Source: Cenarchaeum sp. (GTDB lineage: Archaea > Thermoproteota > Nitrososphaeria > Nitrososphaerales > Nitrosopumilaceae). From it: a stretch of DNA of 64,000 nucleotides. The notes under the pieces are model-generated. The model ran no database searches. It had not been told where the DNA came from and saw only the letters and a list, made by a program, of their open reading frames with translations. This document shows positions 18,069 through 29,018 of this stretch, in pieces. The DNA lies in the NCBI GenBank assembly GCA_963692915.1, contig OY843584.1:128001-192000 (forward strand), in the 5' to 3' direction. Each line of letters starts with the position of its first letter. Within the stretch, counting starts at the first letter, position 1. The translations under genes were made by a program, and so were the position numbers.

Positions 18069-20777
18069 TTATCGATCGGCATGTTTTTTGATTATGACGT
18101 GAACGTCATCTGGATCATATGCCACGTCCCACTCCCATTTACCAAACCTACCATCTGAATTTACTGTTTCAACCCATTCTTTCAACGCATCGTGTTTTTT
18201 TGTAGTTTGTTCATTATGTTGTCCTTTAATCTCTAAAATTAACGTGACATTATTTTCTAGCTGGACCAGATAATCAGGATTATAATTATGAATCTCTCCC
18301 TTAAATTGATATTTCACATTGAATCCTGATATGTAGTTTTTTACCCATGAAACAACTCTTTCATTTTTTTCTAATTCCTTGCTAGCTTGTTCTTCCCATT
18401 TATTGTCACACGGGCTAGGATTAATATGTGATTTTGTTGCATTGACAACTTTTTTTGTAGTGTACCATGCTTGCATATCATTAGTTGATTTTTGCTGTTT
18501 TGTGTCACCAAAAATTATTTTTTTAGATTTTGTGTTATCAGCTCGTATGAACTCATGTATGTACATGACAATAGTTTTCATGTTAAACATGATCGCTAAA
18601 TGTTTTCTTATTTTTAATTCATCTGTTAAATTTAAAAATTTAATTTTATCTAACTCGATAAATTTCTCAACAATTTTAACAATTTGAAAAAAAAGATAAT
18701 TTTTATTCCCTGACCATTCTGGGATTGTTATGTGATCATAGATATCACTTACAGTCTGAAAAATTATTGTTTGCATTCGTAATTTGTTGTAGGATTTTTG
18801 CAATGTTATCTCTGAAGCACGGCTGATGTCTAATTTTGAATCTAGCATTGGGGCTACGTGTATGGTTGTGGTGACTTTTGATCTAATCCTTAATGTTGAA
18901 ACTTTTTTCCAGTTGATTTTTAAAACTGGTGTGATTATAGTTTCTATTCTAGCTATGTTCGGCCAGCTTATCTCGTATTGAATATTTATTGGATCACATG
19001 CTATGCGTGTTTTCACCTTTTCTTTTCGAACCTTGCTTGGAGTGTTCTCATGTGGCAGAAATGAAAACGGTACTCCGAGTATATTGACATATTCTTTATC
19101 TAACAGACCAGTTTCAGGATCTATTTCATATGATAGGCGGCGTAAACCCCTGCCTACCACTTGTTCACATAAAAGTTGACTAGTAAATGCACGTAACCCC
19201 ATTATATGAGTGACATTTTTTGCATCCCATCCTTCAGACAGCATTTGTACTGCAATAATATTCATTATTTGTTCTCCGGGTTTGTCTTTTTGACCCACCG
19301 TGTTGATTATTTCACGAATAGCATCAGTTTTAGCAGATTGTTTTTCCCCACGTTCAGATTTTAAAACACTTGTATCGATACGACACATTCTATTTTCATC
19401 TGCCAATTCTTCAAATTTATATATGCTATTCTTAAAAAAATGTACTACTCTTGCTGATGTATGTACACTATTGCATACAGTAATCATTACAGGGTTTATA
19501 TTTGATTTTTTCAGCTCTTTTCTTTTCATCGCCCAATCATTTCCGAGTAATATGTATGCGTTACGGACTAAATCGGGTAATATTGTTTCGGGTTTTTTTG
19601 CGCCTTTTAGATCGCTTTTTACTTTGTCATTGTCGTATATATGATAATATTTGGAACGATCACCGTACTTGAGCGATTTGCCATCATCACCTGCAGGCAT
19701 ACGTGGAGTTTTTACAAGACCAGATTCTATAGCATCGTTAAGTGAAAAATCAGAAATTATCCATTTGAATAAAATATCATCGTTTGGCTTCTTTTGGCTT
19801 GGAATAAACGGCGTAGCTGTAAAATCAAAGCATGTGACAATAGTTCGTGCTCTATCTAATTTATCAAGTCCCTCGATCCATAACGTGGCCATCAGCTCAT
19901 CCATGTTTGATTCAAAGTCTGAATGTTTTTCATGACCATCTTTAAGTTTTCTCCACGCATGGTGTGCTTCATCATTTATCACTATTATGTTGTTATACTT
20001 ATGCTCCAAAATCCTTTTCGCGAATGCTTCATCGCTTTCAACTCCCCTGCGAACCACACTGTGAGGTTGATCTTCTACTGGTTTCAGCGTGTGCCAATTA
20101 TGAATTTTTAATTTTCCATGTCTTAGATTTTCATACATTGAATCTGGTATTATCGAATAAAGATGGTAATAACTATTTTCTTGATCAGGCGGCCATAGCA
20201 CTTGCAGTCGTGATTTTACAGTAAGTCCTGGAGCAACAACCACAATGTGTTTTGAAAATCTTTTATCTTGTGGATATGACACTTTGTTTAATATTTGCCA
20301 TGCGATTACCATTGCCATTACCACCGTTTTTCCTGTCCCTGTTGCCATTTTTGAACACAATCTTTTGAACAGTCCACCATCACTGCCTAGTCCGAGTTCT
20401 TTTTTTTCTGATTCGGGAGCCTCTATCATCCAAATTATTGTTTCTATAGCTTCCAATTGACAAAAGAAAAAACGATGTGCTTGACGCATAGTTGGATCGT
20501 TCCAAAATTCTAGAAGTTGCCTTGTTATTCCTGTGACCCCTGGATAACCTTTGTCTCTCCATCGATCTACTCGCTCTCTTATGATGTTTACAGATTGTAT
20601 GGGATAAAATGCTCCCGGATCATCAATAGCATTGTTTTCTGGAGACGCAATTATGTATCCTGCTGGCCTCCTTTTTCCAACAATGCGTTCAGGCTTGCGT
20701 GTCTCGAGATTAAATTTCCAGTACTCTTTGGGTTTTTCATACGGGTTGCATATTATCAATTGATCGATTTCGTCCAA
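18069..20777 (-). CDS. res: Type III restriction enzyme Res subunit
   Basis: KMATGTGKT (Walker A), NDEAHH, FTATP, MLSEGWD, EQVVGRGLRR, C-terminal PDY...LEIKG nuclease motif. Confidence 0.92.
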   Translation of the reverse strand: MDEIDQLIICNPYEKPKEYWKFNLETRKPERIVGKRRPAGYIIASPENNAIDDPGAFYPIQSVNIIRERVDRWRDKGYPGVTGITRQLLEFWNDPTMRQAHRFFFCQLEAIETIIWMIEAPESEKKELGLGSDGGLFKRLCSKMATGTGKTVVMAMVIAWQILNKVSYPQDKRFSKHIVVVAPGLTVKSRLQVLWPPDQENSYYHLYSIIPDSMYENLRHGKLKIHNWHTLKPVEDQPHSVVRRGVESDEAFAKRILEHKYNNIIVINDEAHHAWRKLKDGHEKHSDFESNMDELMATLWIEGLDKLDRARTIVTCFDFTATPFIPSQKKPNDDILFKWIISDFSLNDAIESGLVKTPRMPAGDDGKSLKYGDRSKYYHIYDNDKVKSDLKGAKKPETILPDLVRNAYILLGNDWAMKRKELKKSNINPVMITVCNSVHTSARVVHFFKNSIYKFEELADENRMCRIDTSVLKSERGEKQSAKTDAIREIINTVGQKDKPGEQIMNIIAVQMLSEGWDAKNVTHIMGLRAFTSQLLCEQVVGRGLRRLSYEIDPETGLLDKEYVNILGVPFSFLPHENTPSKVRKEKVKTRIACDPINIQYEISWPNIARIETIITPVLKINWKKVSTLRIRSKVTTTIHVAPMLDSKLDISRASEITLQKSYNKLRMQTIIFQTVSDIYDHITIPEWSGNKNYLFFQIVKIVEKFIELDKIKFLNLTDELKIRKHLAIMFNMKTIVMYIHEFIRADNTKSKKIIFGDTKQQKSTNDMQAWYTTKKVVNATKSHINPSPCDNKWEEQASKELEKNERVVSWVKNYISGFNVKYQFKGEIHNYNPDYLVQLENNVTLILEIKGQHNEQTTKKHDALKEWVETVNSDGRFGKWEWDVAYDPDDVHVIIKKHADR

Positions 20778-20780
20778 ATC

Positions 20781-23353
20781 TCATGGCTCCATAATTCGTA
20801 ATGTTTCTATTCCTCTATCATCGATTATTTTGACTGCAATTTTTTTATTTGCTCCCAATTTAAATGGTATAGATACTATTCCTGAATATTTCTCTAATAA
20901 ATATTCCTCAACATATGGTTTTAATGTTTTTGCTATTCTATTCCATGAGCTTTGTATATCCAACATTGGAAAAAATACTTGTTGTGGGTATATGCTTCGC
21001 CCATCATAATCTGTATCTAACATCCACATAGCAATACGTGTTGGATCGCCAGGTTCGACCTTATTTGTTATTGTATTGTAATAATCAAATCCATTAATCT
21101 TTACTTCCCAATCATTTTTTTTCTTTTTAAGTTCCACATCAGGCTGCCCTATTAGCATGAATGATTCATTTTTTCTTTGTTTACTTTTTAAATCACTTGT
21201 AAACAAATCGCCGTTTATCTGAGCTTTTAATATTACAATGCCGGGCCATCTGAGTTCATCTATGTCTTTTGCTGCTTCGGGATCAAACTGCAACGCTGCA
21301 AAAATCACCATTGCGGGTTTTTCACCTAATTTACGAACCTCTTGTATCGCATTTTCAACCTGACGTTGTTCAAGAGGTGTATGTGCAGATCCAAACGATA
21401 TTAAAACAGTTTTTGTTTCATTTCCGTTTGTTTTAGCTTTTGCATGTAACCACCTGGTTGTTGGATGTGGATCTACACTTAAAAATTTTATTTTTTGCCT
21501 ATTTTTCCCAACAATTCCAGTTTTTAACAACTCTTGGCGCCAATCAGATTGCCTTTTACTTTCGTTGTTTTCTAGATCTGATTCTTTATATTGATTAACA
21601 TACATTAGATCTAATGACTTGGCCGTTGGTGATGGTACTGCTTCTACTGTGAACGGGCCTGACACTCTTGCCTTTGACGAATCTTTGTCTGGGCAATCAT
21701 ACAAAATCACATTGTTGGGTTCTTCATCTTGTGATATTGATTTTTGAGTTATTTGTTGTATTTTTTTATATGAAAATCCAGCATCAATACCCTGGTCAGG
21801 ATTTTCTAATTTATAATATTTATAAGTCGCAGTCATTAATCTTCTTTTTGTTAATGCAATTGCTACGCGTGATGTGTCACATGTAATCCAACGTCTCCCA
21901 AATTCTTCTGCTACGAATGCGGTTGTCCCAGATCCGCAAGTAGGATCTAATATGAGATCACCTGGATCGCTAGTCATCAATATGAATCGACGAATTACTT
22001 TAGCTGTGGTTTGAACAACATATATCTTGTTTTCAAATCCCCCACTACTTGTGTCATCCCACATATTCTGAAGCTCGGCATATTCAAAATCATTGAAATA
22101 ACGCACATATGATAACCTGTTGCCATTTTTCATAATTCGATTTTTTGCAATCAGATTTTTCATGCCTTTAAGTGATGTTTTCCAATGACTATGTTGACCG
22201 GGTGTGAACACTTCACCGTCAAATATGAGAGAGTCGTCAGTCTTTGACTTGCCCTGAGATGTTGTGGCTGCAAGCCTATAAATTTTTGATCTTGGCGGTA
22301 TACTAAGTGGATTATCTCTTTGCTCTTTTGTCATTCTTATACGTTCGTCCTTATTTAATTCTAAATATTTGTAATTTGGATCATTGATGGGCAACTCTTT
22401 TTTTGTATACAGTTTATGAGATTTTAACAGTTTTTTATTTTTTGCATACCATACAATATAATCAAACACCACTGAAATATGTGTACTTGTAGAATTTGAT
22501 GTTTTTCTAAATGAGATTATGCTTACAAAATTCTCATATCCAAACACTTCATCCATTATTATGCGTACATAATGCAAATTATCATCAGAAATTTGTACTC
22601 CACAACTTCCGGTTTCATTTAGTAGCTCTTTTGCTAAAATTAACCGATCGCGCAAGTATCCCAAGTATGAATGAATTTCATGCTTCCATGTGTCTCTATA
22701 CGCTGTTACCATTTCTGGTTCTTGTGTGAGATCATCATCATTACGATCTTTAACACTAATTTTATTTACAAACGGTTGAAAGTTTGACTTATATTCAATA
22801 CCGTATGGTGGATCTATGTATATTGTTTGAATTTTTCCTGCAAAATTTTCTTTTTGTAGTAGAGAATTCATAACTAACAGGGAATCCCCGGCAATTAATC
22901 GATTTGACCAATTATGTGAATGTTGATAAAATTGCAATGCTTCTCGTAACGGAAGATTGTATTCATCATGATCAAAATGAAGGGTGATTTTTTGTTGGAT
23001 GTGAGTCTCTGGCTTCAGAATTTTATCAATAATTGTTATAGGATCAATACGTTCATGTTGATGTAGCGACACTGTATCGATTTCAAAATTTCCACCTTTT
23101 TGTTTCTCAAACCAGACTAATACCGGGTCTAAATGAGGGTCATATTCGTATTTGGTTGGATCATGATCACGATCTGTGTTGGGATCAACAAGCCCTACGG
23201 GTGGGTTATTTGGTCGTGCGCTACTGTGATAATACTGCTGAATGCGTTCTCGTGGCTTGGGTTTTGACTTTGATGCTTTTGTGACTTTATTTTTTGACTT
23301 TTTGCTGGGGGGGGGGGTCGTCGTGTTCCTATTTTCGTTTTAGTCAATGGCAT
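20781..23353 (-). CDS. mod: Type III Mod adenine methyltransferase, frameshifted at a C11 tract (main ORF 20781-23072)
   Basis: IDPPY and DPTCGSGTT (beta class); frame stays open upstream of 23072 (RPNNPPVGL...YDPHLDP) up to the poly-C; ATG at 23353 is out of frame by 1 nt. Confidence 0.88.
23307..23317 (-). repeat. C11 homopolymer (G11 on + strand) in the 5' end of mod
   Basis: CT-GGGGGGGGGGG-TCG in an otherwise AT-rich island. Confidence 0.9.
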
Positions 23354-23661
23354 ACCCCCACTATAACCACACGGCTTGCGTTGTTATATGTAAAACACAT
23401 AGTGTTGACATACTTATAGAGTTGAGTGTTCCCATAGCATTCTTTCTGGGTCATTGCTAACGCCCACTCGCAAGTTATTTTCTATATATAGGTACCAGCG
23501 CATATTGGTCATATTCCCTATGTTTTCTACAGGGTGGATGTGATTCTTCAGACGACTATTATTTCTGGCGTATTCTATGGTTTTACGTTTTGTCTGATCT
23601 GCCAGGGTAATAGTTCTGTACGCCTAGGCATTAATATGGCTCCCACTCGACGCCCGCCTGA

Positions 23662-24513
23662 ATGGCAAAGGCGACAGTCGGCATATCCATAGTGGGGCGT
23701 GACCACGAGGGAGTCGTGGCCGCGTTCACGTCATACGCGTTCCAGGGAGGGGCCAACATTGAAAAGATCACGCAGAACGTCATAAAGGGCCTCTTTGGCA
23801 TGTACCTCGAGGTCTCATTCTCCCGTCCCCCGGACCGCAAGTCATTTGACGCCGGGCTGCAGAAACTCGCCAAATCGCACGGCATGGAGGTCAGCGCGCA
23901 CCACGAGGACGGCACGACAAAGCAGATCGCAGTCTTTGTGACTCGCGAGCCGCACTGCCTCGAGGCCATACTCGCCGCACAAAAGTCACTGCGCGGCAAG
24001 GTCGCCGTCGTCGTGGGAACCACGAGGTCACTTGCGCCAATGTGCAAAAAGGCGCGCGTCCCGTTCATGGCCATCGAGGAGCGCAACCAGGAAAAGGCCG
24101 AGGCAAAACTGCTGAAAATCTGCAGAGAAAAGAACATCGACGTCATCGTCCTGGCCCGATACATGCGAATACTCACGCCAAACTTTGTCTGGCGCTATCC
24201 AAACCGCATAATCAACGTTCACCCTTCACTCCTGCCGGCGTTTCCCGGCGCATCGGCATACGCGCAGGCGCACGAGCGCGGCACAAAGATCGCCGGAGTC
24301 ACGACACACTATGTTACCGAGAGCCTTGACCAGGGCCCGATAATCACACAGCGCTCGTTTGAGATTCGCGCAGACGATGCGCTTGAAAAGATAAAGGTCG
24401 CAGGACAGAGACTAGAGGCGCGCGCGCTCCTAGAGTCACTAAAGATGCACCTTGCTGGCAGGCTCGAGGTTCGATGGCGAAAGGTTCACGCAAGGACGAC
24501 ACGGCGCAAGTAG
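23662..24513 (+). CDS. purU: Formyltetrahydrofolate deformylase
   Basis: N-terminal ACT domain; VLARYMRIL, INVHPSLLPAFPGA, LDQGPII. Confidence 0.92.
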   Translation: MAKATVGISIVGRDHEGVVAAFTSYAFQGGANIEKITQNVIKGLFGMYLEVSFSRPPDRKSFDAGLQKLAKSHGMEVSAHHEDGTTKQIAVFVTREPHCLEAILAAQKSLRGKVAVVVGTTRSLAPMCKKARVPFMAIEERNQEKAEAKLLKICREKNIDVIVLARYMRILTPNFVWRYPNRIINVHPSLLPAFPGASAYAQAHERGTKIAGVTTHYVTESLDQGPIITQRSFEIRADDALEKIKVAGQRLEARALLESLKMHLAGRLEVRWRKVHARTTRRK

Positions 24514-25241
24514 CATCAAAGGCTGATGCTGCTGCGCTGCGCGCGCTGCGCCGGCGGGTCGCAGTCCTTCCGGTCGGCGCAATCGAGCAGCACGGCGCGC
24601 ACCTGCCTGTCTCTACTGATGCTGACATTGCCACCGAGATATCGCGCAGGCTCTGCCAAATCTCCGGCTATGCGCTCCTCCCGACGTTCTCGTACGGCTC
24701 GTCCCTCGAGCACGCGCCGCGACTCAACATGAGCCTGCGCGGCCCCACGCTGCGAGCCGCCGTGCGCGACATCGCCGCCTCGGCTGCTGACGCCGGCGCG
24801 ACTGCGCTCATCGTCCTCAATGCGCACCACGGAAACAGGGCACACCTCGCGCGCCTTCCAAGCCGCATACGCGGCCACTCGGGCAGCCGGACGGTCTGCT
24901 GCATCGTGGTCCACTATTGGCACCTCATGGACGCCGAGATGGGCCACGCCGGCCACACCGAGACGTCGATCATGCTCGCGCTAGGATCGGCGGACATGGC
25001 CAGGGCCCGCCGCGGGTACGTCGAGCCGGCCTCGATGACTGCCCGCCAGAGGGCCGCGGCCGCACGCCTCTCCTCGAGGTCGTTTCTGGCCGTCGCCAAA
25101 AACGGCGTCTGGGGCGACCCCAGGGGGGCCACGCGCCGGATCGGCGAGTCGCTCCTCGCCGAGATCGCAGGCAACGTCGCTGACGAGTGCGCCAGACTCC
25201 TGCGTGCCGCCCCACGCACGCGCACACGCCAGAAACGATGA
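24474..25241 (+). CDS. Creatininase / creatinine amidohydrolase family protein
   Basis: PVGAIEQHGAHLP..TD, NAHHGN, HAGHTETS, GVWGDP. Confidence 0.88.
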   Translation: MAKGSRKDDTAQVASKADAAALRALRRRVAVLPVGAIEQHGAHLPVSTDADIATEISRRLCQISGYALLPTFSYGSSLEHAPRLNMSLRGPTLRAAVRDIAASAADAGATALIVLNAHHGNRAHLARLPSRIRGHSGSRTVCCIVVHYWHLMDAEMGHAGHTETSIMLALGSADMARARRGYVEPASMTARQRAAAARLSSRSFLAVAKNGVWGDPRGATRRIGESLLAEIAGNVADECARLLRAAPRTRTRQKR

Positions 25242-25291
25242 AATTTTAATATACTACGGCCCTGGCCACGCGTCTCGGAGCAGATGCGGAT

Positions 25292-25528
25292 TTGTCAGTA
25301 GACATGGCAGTAAAGGTTCTCGATGAGAGCATAAACAAGGTGGTTCTAATCAAGATAAAGGGCAACAAGACGATCAGGGGCAACCTTTTGGGCTTTGACC
25401 AGCACATGAACCTCCTGCTCGACCAGGCCGAAGAGTCCGCCGCAGGCGGCGAGCCGGTGAGCCTGGGCACGATCGTCGTGCGCGGCGACAATGTCATAAT
25501 GATATCGCCGTCACTCACGGAGGGATAG
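25292..25528 (+). CDS. Sm-like (LSm/SmAP) RNA-binding protein
   Basis: [21 protein letters not shown]. Confidence 0.93.
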   Translation: MSVDMAVKVLDESINKVVLIKIKGNKTIRGNLLGFDQHMNLLLDQAEESAAGGEPVSLGTIVVRGDNVIMISPSLTEG

Positions 25529-25532
25529 GCAG

Positions 25533-25700
25533 ATGGTCAAGGGCACCACCTCTATGGGAGGCTTTACGCGCAAAAAGACCCACATCCGGTGCCGCAGGTG
25601 CGGCAAGAACGCGTTTCACAAGAGACACGGCCGGTGCGCAAGCTGCGGCTTTCCGGATCCAAAGATCAGGCGCTACTCGTGGATAAAGTGGTACACATAG
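25533..25700 (+). CDS. rpl37e: 50S ribosomal protein L37e
   Basis: Manual translation [41 protein letters not shown]...YSW. Confidence 0.95.
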   Translation: MVKGTTSMGGFTRKKTHIRCRRCGKNAFHKRHGRCASCGFPDPKIRRYSWIKWYT

Positions 25701-25704
25701 GGCC

Positions 25705-26631
25705 ATGTCCGTCGAGCTCTTTCTTAGCGCCGTTGCGGGGGCAGCAACGGCCGCTGGGGCGTCAAAGCTCTCCCTCTTTCGCGCGCGTGTCCCGCGCATC
25801 GGCGCCAGCCCGCGCATAAGCGCGCAGGTCCGCTCACTAGAGTCCCAAAAGCGCATCCTCGAAAAGTCGATCGCGCGCCTCAACACGGGAACCATGGGAC
25901 TGACCGATGCCCAGCGTGATGCGCTCCTTGCAAAGTACCAGCGCGAGCTCGGCGAGATCGGGACGCGCCTCGAGGGCCTAGAGGAGGCCTCAAAGCACCC
26001 AGACCTTGGCGCGCTCGGCGACGGCCTAGTGACCATTATGGACCAGCGCCTCTCCGAGCTCGACGGCAAGTTCGGCGAGCTCTCTGCAAGGATTGCCTCT
26101 GCGCAGGCCGAGCGGGCAGAAAAGCCAAAGCAATCGCGCCCGCCGACACCGCCGCGCGAGGCGCCGCGTCCGGCACCCGTGGTGCCGCAGCCTCGCAAGG
26201 CGCAGGCCAGCATGGAGCTCACGACGCTCACGCAGGTTCCGGCCGGCGCAACGCCGCCGCCGATCGTGCCGCTTGCTCCGCAGGGCACGGTGCCCGCGCC
26301 GAGCCCGCAGCCCCCAAGGGTTCCTGAAGTGCAGCCGCCAGTGGTGCCCGCCGAGCCGACGACGGTTCCAGACATGCAGCCTGAGGTGCAGCCTGCCCCC
26401 AAACCGGCAACTGTTCCGGACACGCCGCCGTCTCGGCCGCCGACGACGGTTCCTGAAGCTCAGCCTGTGGCGCCAAGGCCAGCTGACTCTCCGCCACCGC
26501 CAAAGGTCGGCACGCCGCCCATAGAGGAGCTCGACATTGACGGCGATGACGCCGACGAGGACGACCTCGCAAAGATAAAGCGCGACATACTAAAGACGCT
26601 CAACAGGCTGGACCAGGCAGAGGTGGAATAG
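25705..26631 (+). CDS. Hypothetical coiled-coil protein with Pro-rich linker and acidic C-terminus
   Basis: 308-aa ORF operonic between rpl37e and rpiA. Confidence 0.75.
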   Translation: MSVELFLSAVAGAATAAGASKLSLFRARVPRIGASPRISAQVRSLESQKRILEKSIARLNTGTMGLTDAQRDALLAKYQRELGEIGTRLEGLEEASKHPDLGALGDGLVTIMDQRLSELDGKFGELSARIASAQAERAEKPKQSRPPTPPREAPRPAPVVPQPRKAQASMELTTLTQVPAGATPPPIVPLAPQGTVPAPSPQPPRVPEVQPPVVPAEPTTVPDMQPEVQPAPKPATVPDTPPSRPPTTVPEAQPVAPRPADSPPPPKVGTPPIEELDIDGDDADEDDLAKIKRDILKTLNRLDQAEVE

Positions 26632-27384
26632 ATGGCCTTTGAGGAGGCCATCGCAGCAGTGGCGGCTGACGCAATGCGTTTTGTAAGGGACGGCGACACC
26701 CTTGGACTTGGCAGCGGGAGGGCCGCGACTGCGTTCGTGCGCGCACTAGGCGAGCGCGTCCGAACCGACGGGCTTGACGTGCGCGGCATACCCACGTCGA
26801 TGCAGATACGCCTAGTCGCCGAGGACGCCGGCGTGCCGCTCGTCGATGCCGGCATGGCCACCTCGATAGACGCGGCCTTTGACGGCGCAGACCAGATAGA
26901 CGCGCGCGGCAACATGGTAAAGGGAGGCGGCGGGGCGCTCTTGCGTGAAAAGATCATCATCTCGTCGGCGCGGCGCGTCATCATCATGGCCGATCGCACA
27001 AAGTTCGCGCGCAACCTCTCAATCCCAGTCCCAGTCGAGGTTCACGCGTCTGCCCGCTCGCATGTGGCATCGCGCGTGGAAAAACTCGGCGGCGCGCCGT
27101 CGATCAGGCGCGACGCGCGCGGCTATCCGGCGTTCACCGAGAACGGCAACATTGTCCTGGACTGTGACTTTGGAACCGTGCGCGAGCCGGCCTCCCTGGA
27201 GCGCTCACTGGCTCGCATCGCCGGCGTCATGGAGTCAGGCCTCTTTACGTCGCGCACGGCCGCAATATACAGGGCCGGCCCACGGGGAAAATTTGAGGTT
27301 ATTGGAGCGGCGAGACGAGGCGCCCGTGCCCCGCCGGCCCGACGACCTCTAGGCCGTCGGCGACGAGCGAGCCGCGCACAATAG
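26632..27384 (+). CDS. rpiA: Ribose-5-phosphate isomerase A
   Basis: LGLGSG, DGADQID, KGGGGALLREK, TENGN. Confidence 0.94.
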   Translation: MAFEEAIAAVAADAMRFVRDGDTLGLGSGRAATAFVRALGERVRTDGLDVRGIPTSMQIRLVAEDAGVPLVDAGMATSIDAAFDGADQIDARGNMVKGGGGALLREKIIISSARRVIIMADRTKFARNLSIPVPVEVHASARSHVASRVEKLGGAPSIRRDARGYPAFTENGNIVLDCDFGTVREPASLERSLARIAGVMESGLFTSRTAAIYRAGPRGKFEVIGAARRGARAPPARRPLGRRRRASRAQ

Positions 27385-28699
27385 TCTTGACGGGCCAGCC
27401 CTTTAGGGACATCCCGTCATAGACGCTATAGTCCGAGTGGCCGCCAAAGATCGTGTGGTCGAGCTTGCGCTCCAGGTGCGTGTCCACTATGGCGATATCT
27501 GCGTCGAATCCGGCCTCGATTGGGCCCTTTTGCGGCGAGAGCGCAAATATGCGCTCGGCGTTTGCGCTAGTCAGCTCGGCGAGGCGGTTTAGCGTGAGCC
27601 TTCCGCGATTGAGGCCCTCGCTCAGTAAAAGCGGAAGCGATGCGCCGATTCCGGGAAATCCGGCAAGCGCGCCCCACACGTCGCTGCCTGCAAGCTTTGC
27701 ATCGCGCGTGTTGGCGACGTGGTCGGTCCCTATCGTGTCTATCTCGCCGCGCGCGATGGCGTTCCAGACGGCATCAACGTCAGACTGCGAGCGCACCGGC
27801 GGCATGACCTTTGCGAGGTATCCGTCGCGACCCTCGTGCGAGAGCGCAAGATAGTGCGGGCACGTCTCAACGTGTATGCGCGTCCCGCGTGACCTCTCGA
27901 GGCGGATCTGCTCGAGCGCGCGCGCCGAGCCGATATGCACAAAGTATATCGTGCAGCCGTGGCGCCTTGCCATCTCGCAGACGCGCGTAATTGCTGCGGC
28001 CTCGTACTCGGGCGAGCGGCTCTCTGACCACGCGCGCAGTCCGTCGTTGCCGGCTGCGCGCGACTCGCGCATCGAGCACGCGCATGACTCATAGTCCTCG
28101 GCATGAACGCAGACTGGCAGGCCGGTCCGCGAGGCCTTTTTGACCACCTTGTCGACTAGCGCGTCACTGACCTCGACGTCGGCCATCTGTGGCGTGTCTG
28201 CCCCGGGATCGAGGTCCATGTGGACGTGGCCAATCTCACCGCCGAGGTTCATGTAGACCTTGAAGGATGATATTCCGGTGACTGCCGTCTCGTACATCTC
28301 CTCGGCCTGCGCGTCATTGAATATCGAGGCGTGGATGCCATAGTCCACGTGGTGGGCCTGTGCGCTCGCCTCGAGCTGCGGGCCGAGCGCACTCGAGTAG
28401 GGGTCTGTCCTGCGCAGCATGCGCATCATTGTCGTCACGCCGCCGATCGCCGCCGCGTGTGACTCAGTCGCCGCGGCCCTGTCTATGGGCGTGTATACGC
28501 CATAGTGGACGTGCGTGTCTATGGCGCCAGGAAGCGAGACTAGCCCTTCGGCCCTTATGCGCGTGTCGCACGCCGGCTCGTCGGTCGTGACTGCGGTGAC
28601 CTTGCCGCCGTCTATGACGATGTTGCGGTCCAGGACGCCCTTTGGCGTGACGACGTGCGAGCCCGTTATGACCATGTCGTGTGCCACTGTGGAGCCCAC
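27299..28699 (-). CDS. Dihydroorotase/allantoinase-family cyclic amidohydrolase
   Basis: IDTHVH, VHAED, VETCPHYL, IGTDH, DADIAIVD. Confidence 0.88.
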   Translation of the reverse strand: MGSTVAHDMVITGSHVVTPKGVLDRNIVIDGGKVTAVTTDEPACDTRIRAEGLVSLPGAIDTHVHYGVYTPIDRAAATESHAAAIGGVTTMMRMLRRTDPYSSALGPQLEASAQAHHVDYGIHASIFNDAQAEEMYETAVTGISSFKVYMNLGGEIGHVHMDLDPGADTPQMADVEVSDALVDKVVKKASRTGLPVCVHAEDYESCACSMRESRAAGNDGLRAWSESRSPEYEAAAITRVCEMARRHGCTIYFVHIGSARALEQIRLERSRGTRIHVETCPHYLALSHEGRDGYLAKVMPPVRSQSDVDAVWNAIARGEIDTIGTDHVANTRDAKLAGSDVWGALAGFPGIGASLPLLLSEGLNRGRLTLNRLAELTSANAERIFALSPQKGPIEAGFDADIAIVDTHLERKLDHTIFGGHSDYSVYDGMSLKGWPVKTIVRGSLVADGLEVVGPAGHGRLVSPLQ

Positions 28700-28856
28700 T
28701 TGCGCCTGCGTCTCTATATTCCTTTAAGGCCGTGCGCGCGCCTGTGGGGAGCCTTGCAGTTCTGGTGCCAAATTCCCTGGCATGGCGGCGATTGGGCACA
28801 GTTGTAATGCCAATCTTCATATAATGTTGGCACGTGCTATCCTGCCGTTGGAATTC

Positions 28857-29018
28857 ATGGTGACTCGAAGGATTGTGAACGGCGGACGGTCTGCTAGGCG
28901 TGGCGTCGGTGCCGTGCGCGCAGGCGAGGCCGTGTATGGCCGCCACGTCAAGGCGTGGAGGGCCATAGCGGACAGGGCGCTGGCCAACATCGGCTGCACC
29001 GCGGGGGCTAGGCCCTAG
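28857..29018 (+). CDS. Small basic orphan protein with RHVKAWR motif
   Basis: TATA-like CATATAAT at ~28818; stop abuts the next ATG; motif shared with 29273..29497. Confidence 0.5.
   Translation: MVTRRIVNGGRSARRGVGAVRAGEAVYGRHVKAWRAIADRALANIGCTAGARP

Larger units (their letters stand above)
18060..23630. other. AT-rich horizontally acquired island (Type III R-M)
   Basis: Abrupt switch from GC-rich backbone to strongly AT-rich DNA between ctaB and purU. Confidence 0.88.

Noticed and set aside
26140-26520. Pro-rich quasi-repeats (PTTVPD/PATVPD/PTTVPE) in 25705..26631
   Set aside because: Ordinary low-complexity linker with no regular repeat unit
27299-27384. 86-bp convergent overlap of rpiA and the amidohydrolase gene
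   Set aside because: 3' run-on overlaps are common in compact GC-rich genomes
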